Assembly (NCBI GenBank): GCA_020425635.1 | Contig: JAGQRJ010000198.1 | Coordinates: forward strand, 1-45,094 | Source: Planctomycetota bacterium | GTDB taxonomy: Bacteria; Planctomycetota; J058 | Length of the DNA: 45,094 bases | Reading direction: 5' to 3' | In this document: piece by piece, positions 44,974-45,094 of the stretch | Layout: every line of letters starts with the position of its first letter | Position numbering within the stretch: the stretch's first letter is position 1 | Position numbers and translations under genes: made by a program | Notes under the pieces: generated by a model | What the model saw: only the letters and a program-made list of their open reading frames with translations | The model's database searches: none | What the model was told of the DNA's origin: nothing

Positions 44974-45094
44974 GCTCTGTCCGCAAACTCAGGTAATGGC
45001 CTCGCGCCGCACTCGTCGTCGTCCGACAAGGCGGGAGCCGGTCCGAGCGTAATGGGTTTACGTGGCCGGCGACCAACGCAGTCGGCGGCGACGA

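Noticed and set aside
44642-45076. A 144-aa minus ORF spanning the window end.
   Set aside because: The product is Arg/Pro/Ala-rich and mostly antisense to the acidic tail of the Na/Pi-cotransporter gene. It has no motif support.

Overview
This is a very GC-rich bacterial chromosomal segment, about 70% GC by eye (not computed), with strong GC3 bias. The gene content suggests Myxococcota, which is inference only: many TPR, FHA and kinase-like signalling proteins, a MoxR-DUF58-transglutaminase operon, DUF1570 and DUF192 proteins, a Prok-RING protein, and frequent 4-nt ATGA/GTGA start/stop overlaps.

I support about 38 protein-coding genes on both strands. I found no rRNA, tRNA, CRISPR array, transposase, integrase or phage genes. 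Because of the GC content, almost every real gene is shadowed by long antisense or off-frame ORFs in the supplied track. I chose frames by recalled family motifs, GC3 bias, paralogy and start/stop coupling. Start codons were placed by amino-acid offset within track ORFs.

Recognisable operons:
- minus 17943->15301: GT4, GT2 and an LPS-kinase (LPS core-like cluster).
- minus 29652->24607: MoxR, DUF58, TgpA-like transglutaminase and an SDR.
- minus 36468->31750: radical SAM/DUF2344, Maf, DUF192 and a membrane protein.
- plus 19733->23722: saccharopine-dehydrogenase-like, RmlD-like and an N6-adenine DNA methyltransferase.
- plus 38587->41518: a four-PDZ HtrA and an HtrA-like pseudoprotease.
- plus 41720->44973: an unknown membrane protein and a Na/Pi-cotransporter-PhoU protein.

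Most noteworthy observations:
1. An apparently orphan Eco57I/TaqI-type m6A methyltransferase sits at the window centre. It is translationally coupled to two NAD(P) oxidoreductases and has no nuclease partner.
2. A membrane-anchored protein closely resembles the eukaryotic EHD/sarcalumenin ATPase G-domain. Its start overlaps the hutI stop.
3. A Prok-RING zinc-finger protein is fused to a beta-sandwich region.
4. A CTAG-bounded palindromic hairpin element recurs in intergenic regions and supplies stop codons to flanking genes. A 227-nt highly structured spacer carries degenerate copies of it.
5. Two tandem paralogous membrane-TPR proteins have no recognisable family.
6. An active HtrA is paired with a catalytically dead HtrA-like neighbour.

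None of these can be proven novel from sequence alone. Each needs the database and experimental checks listed in the findings.
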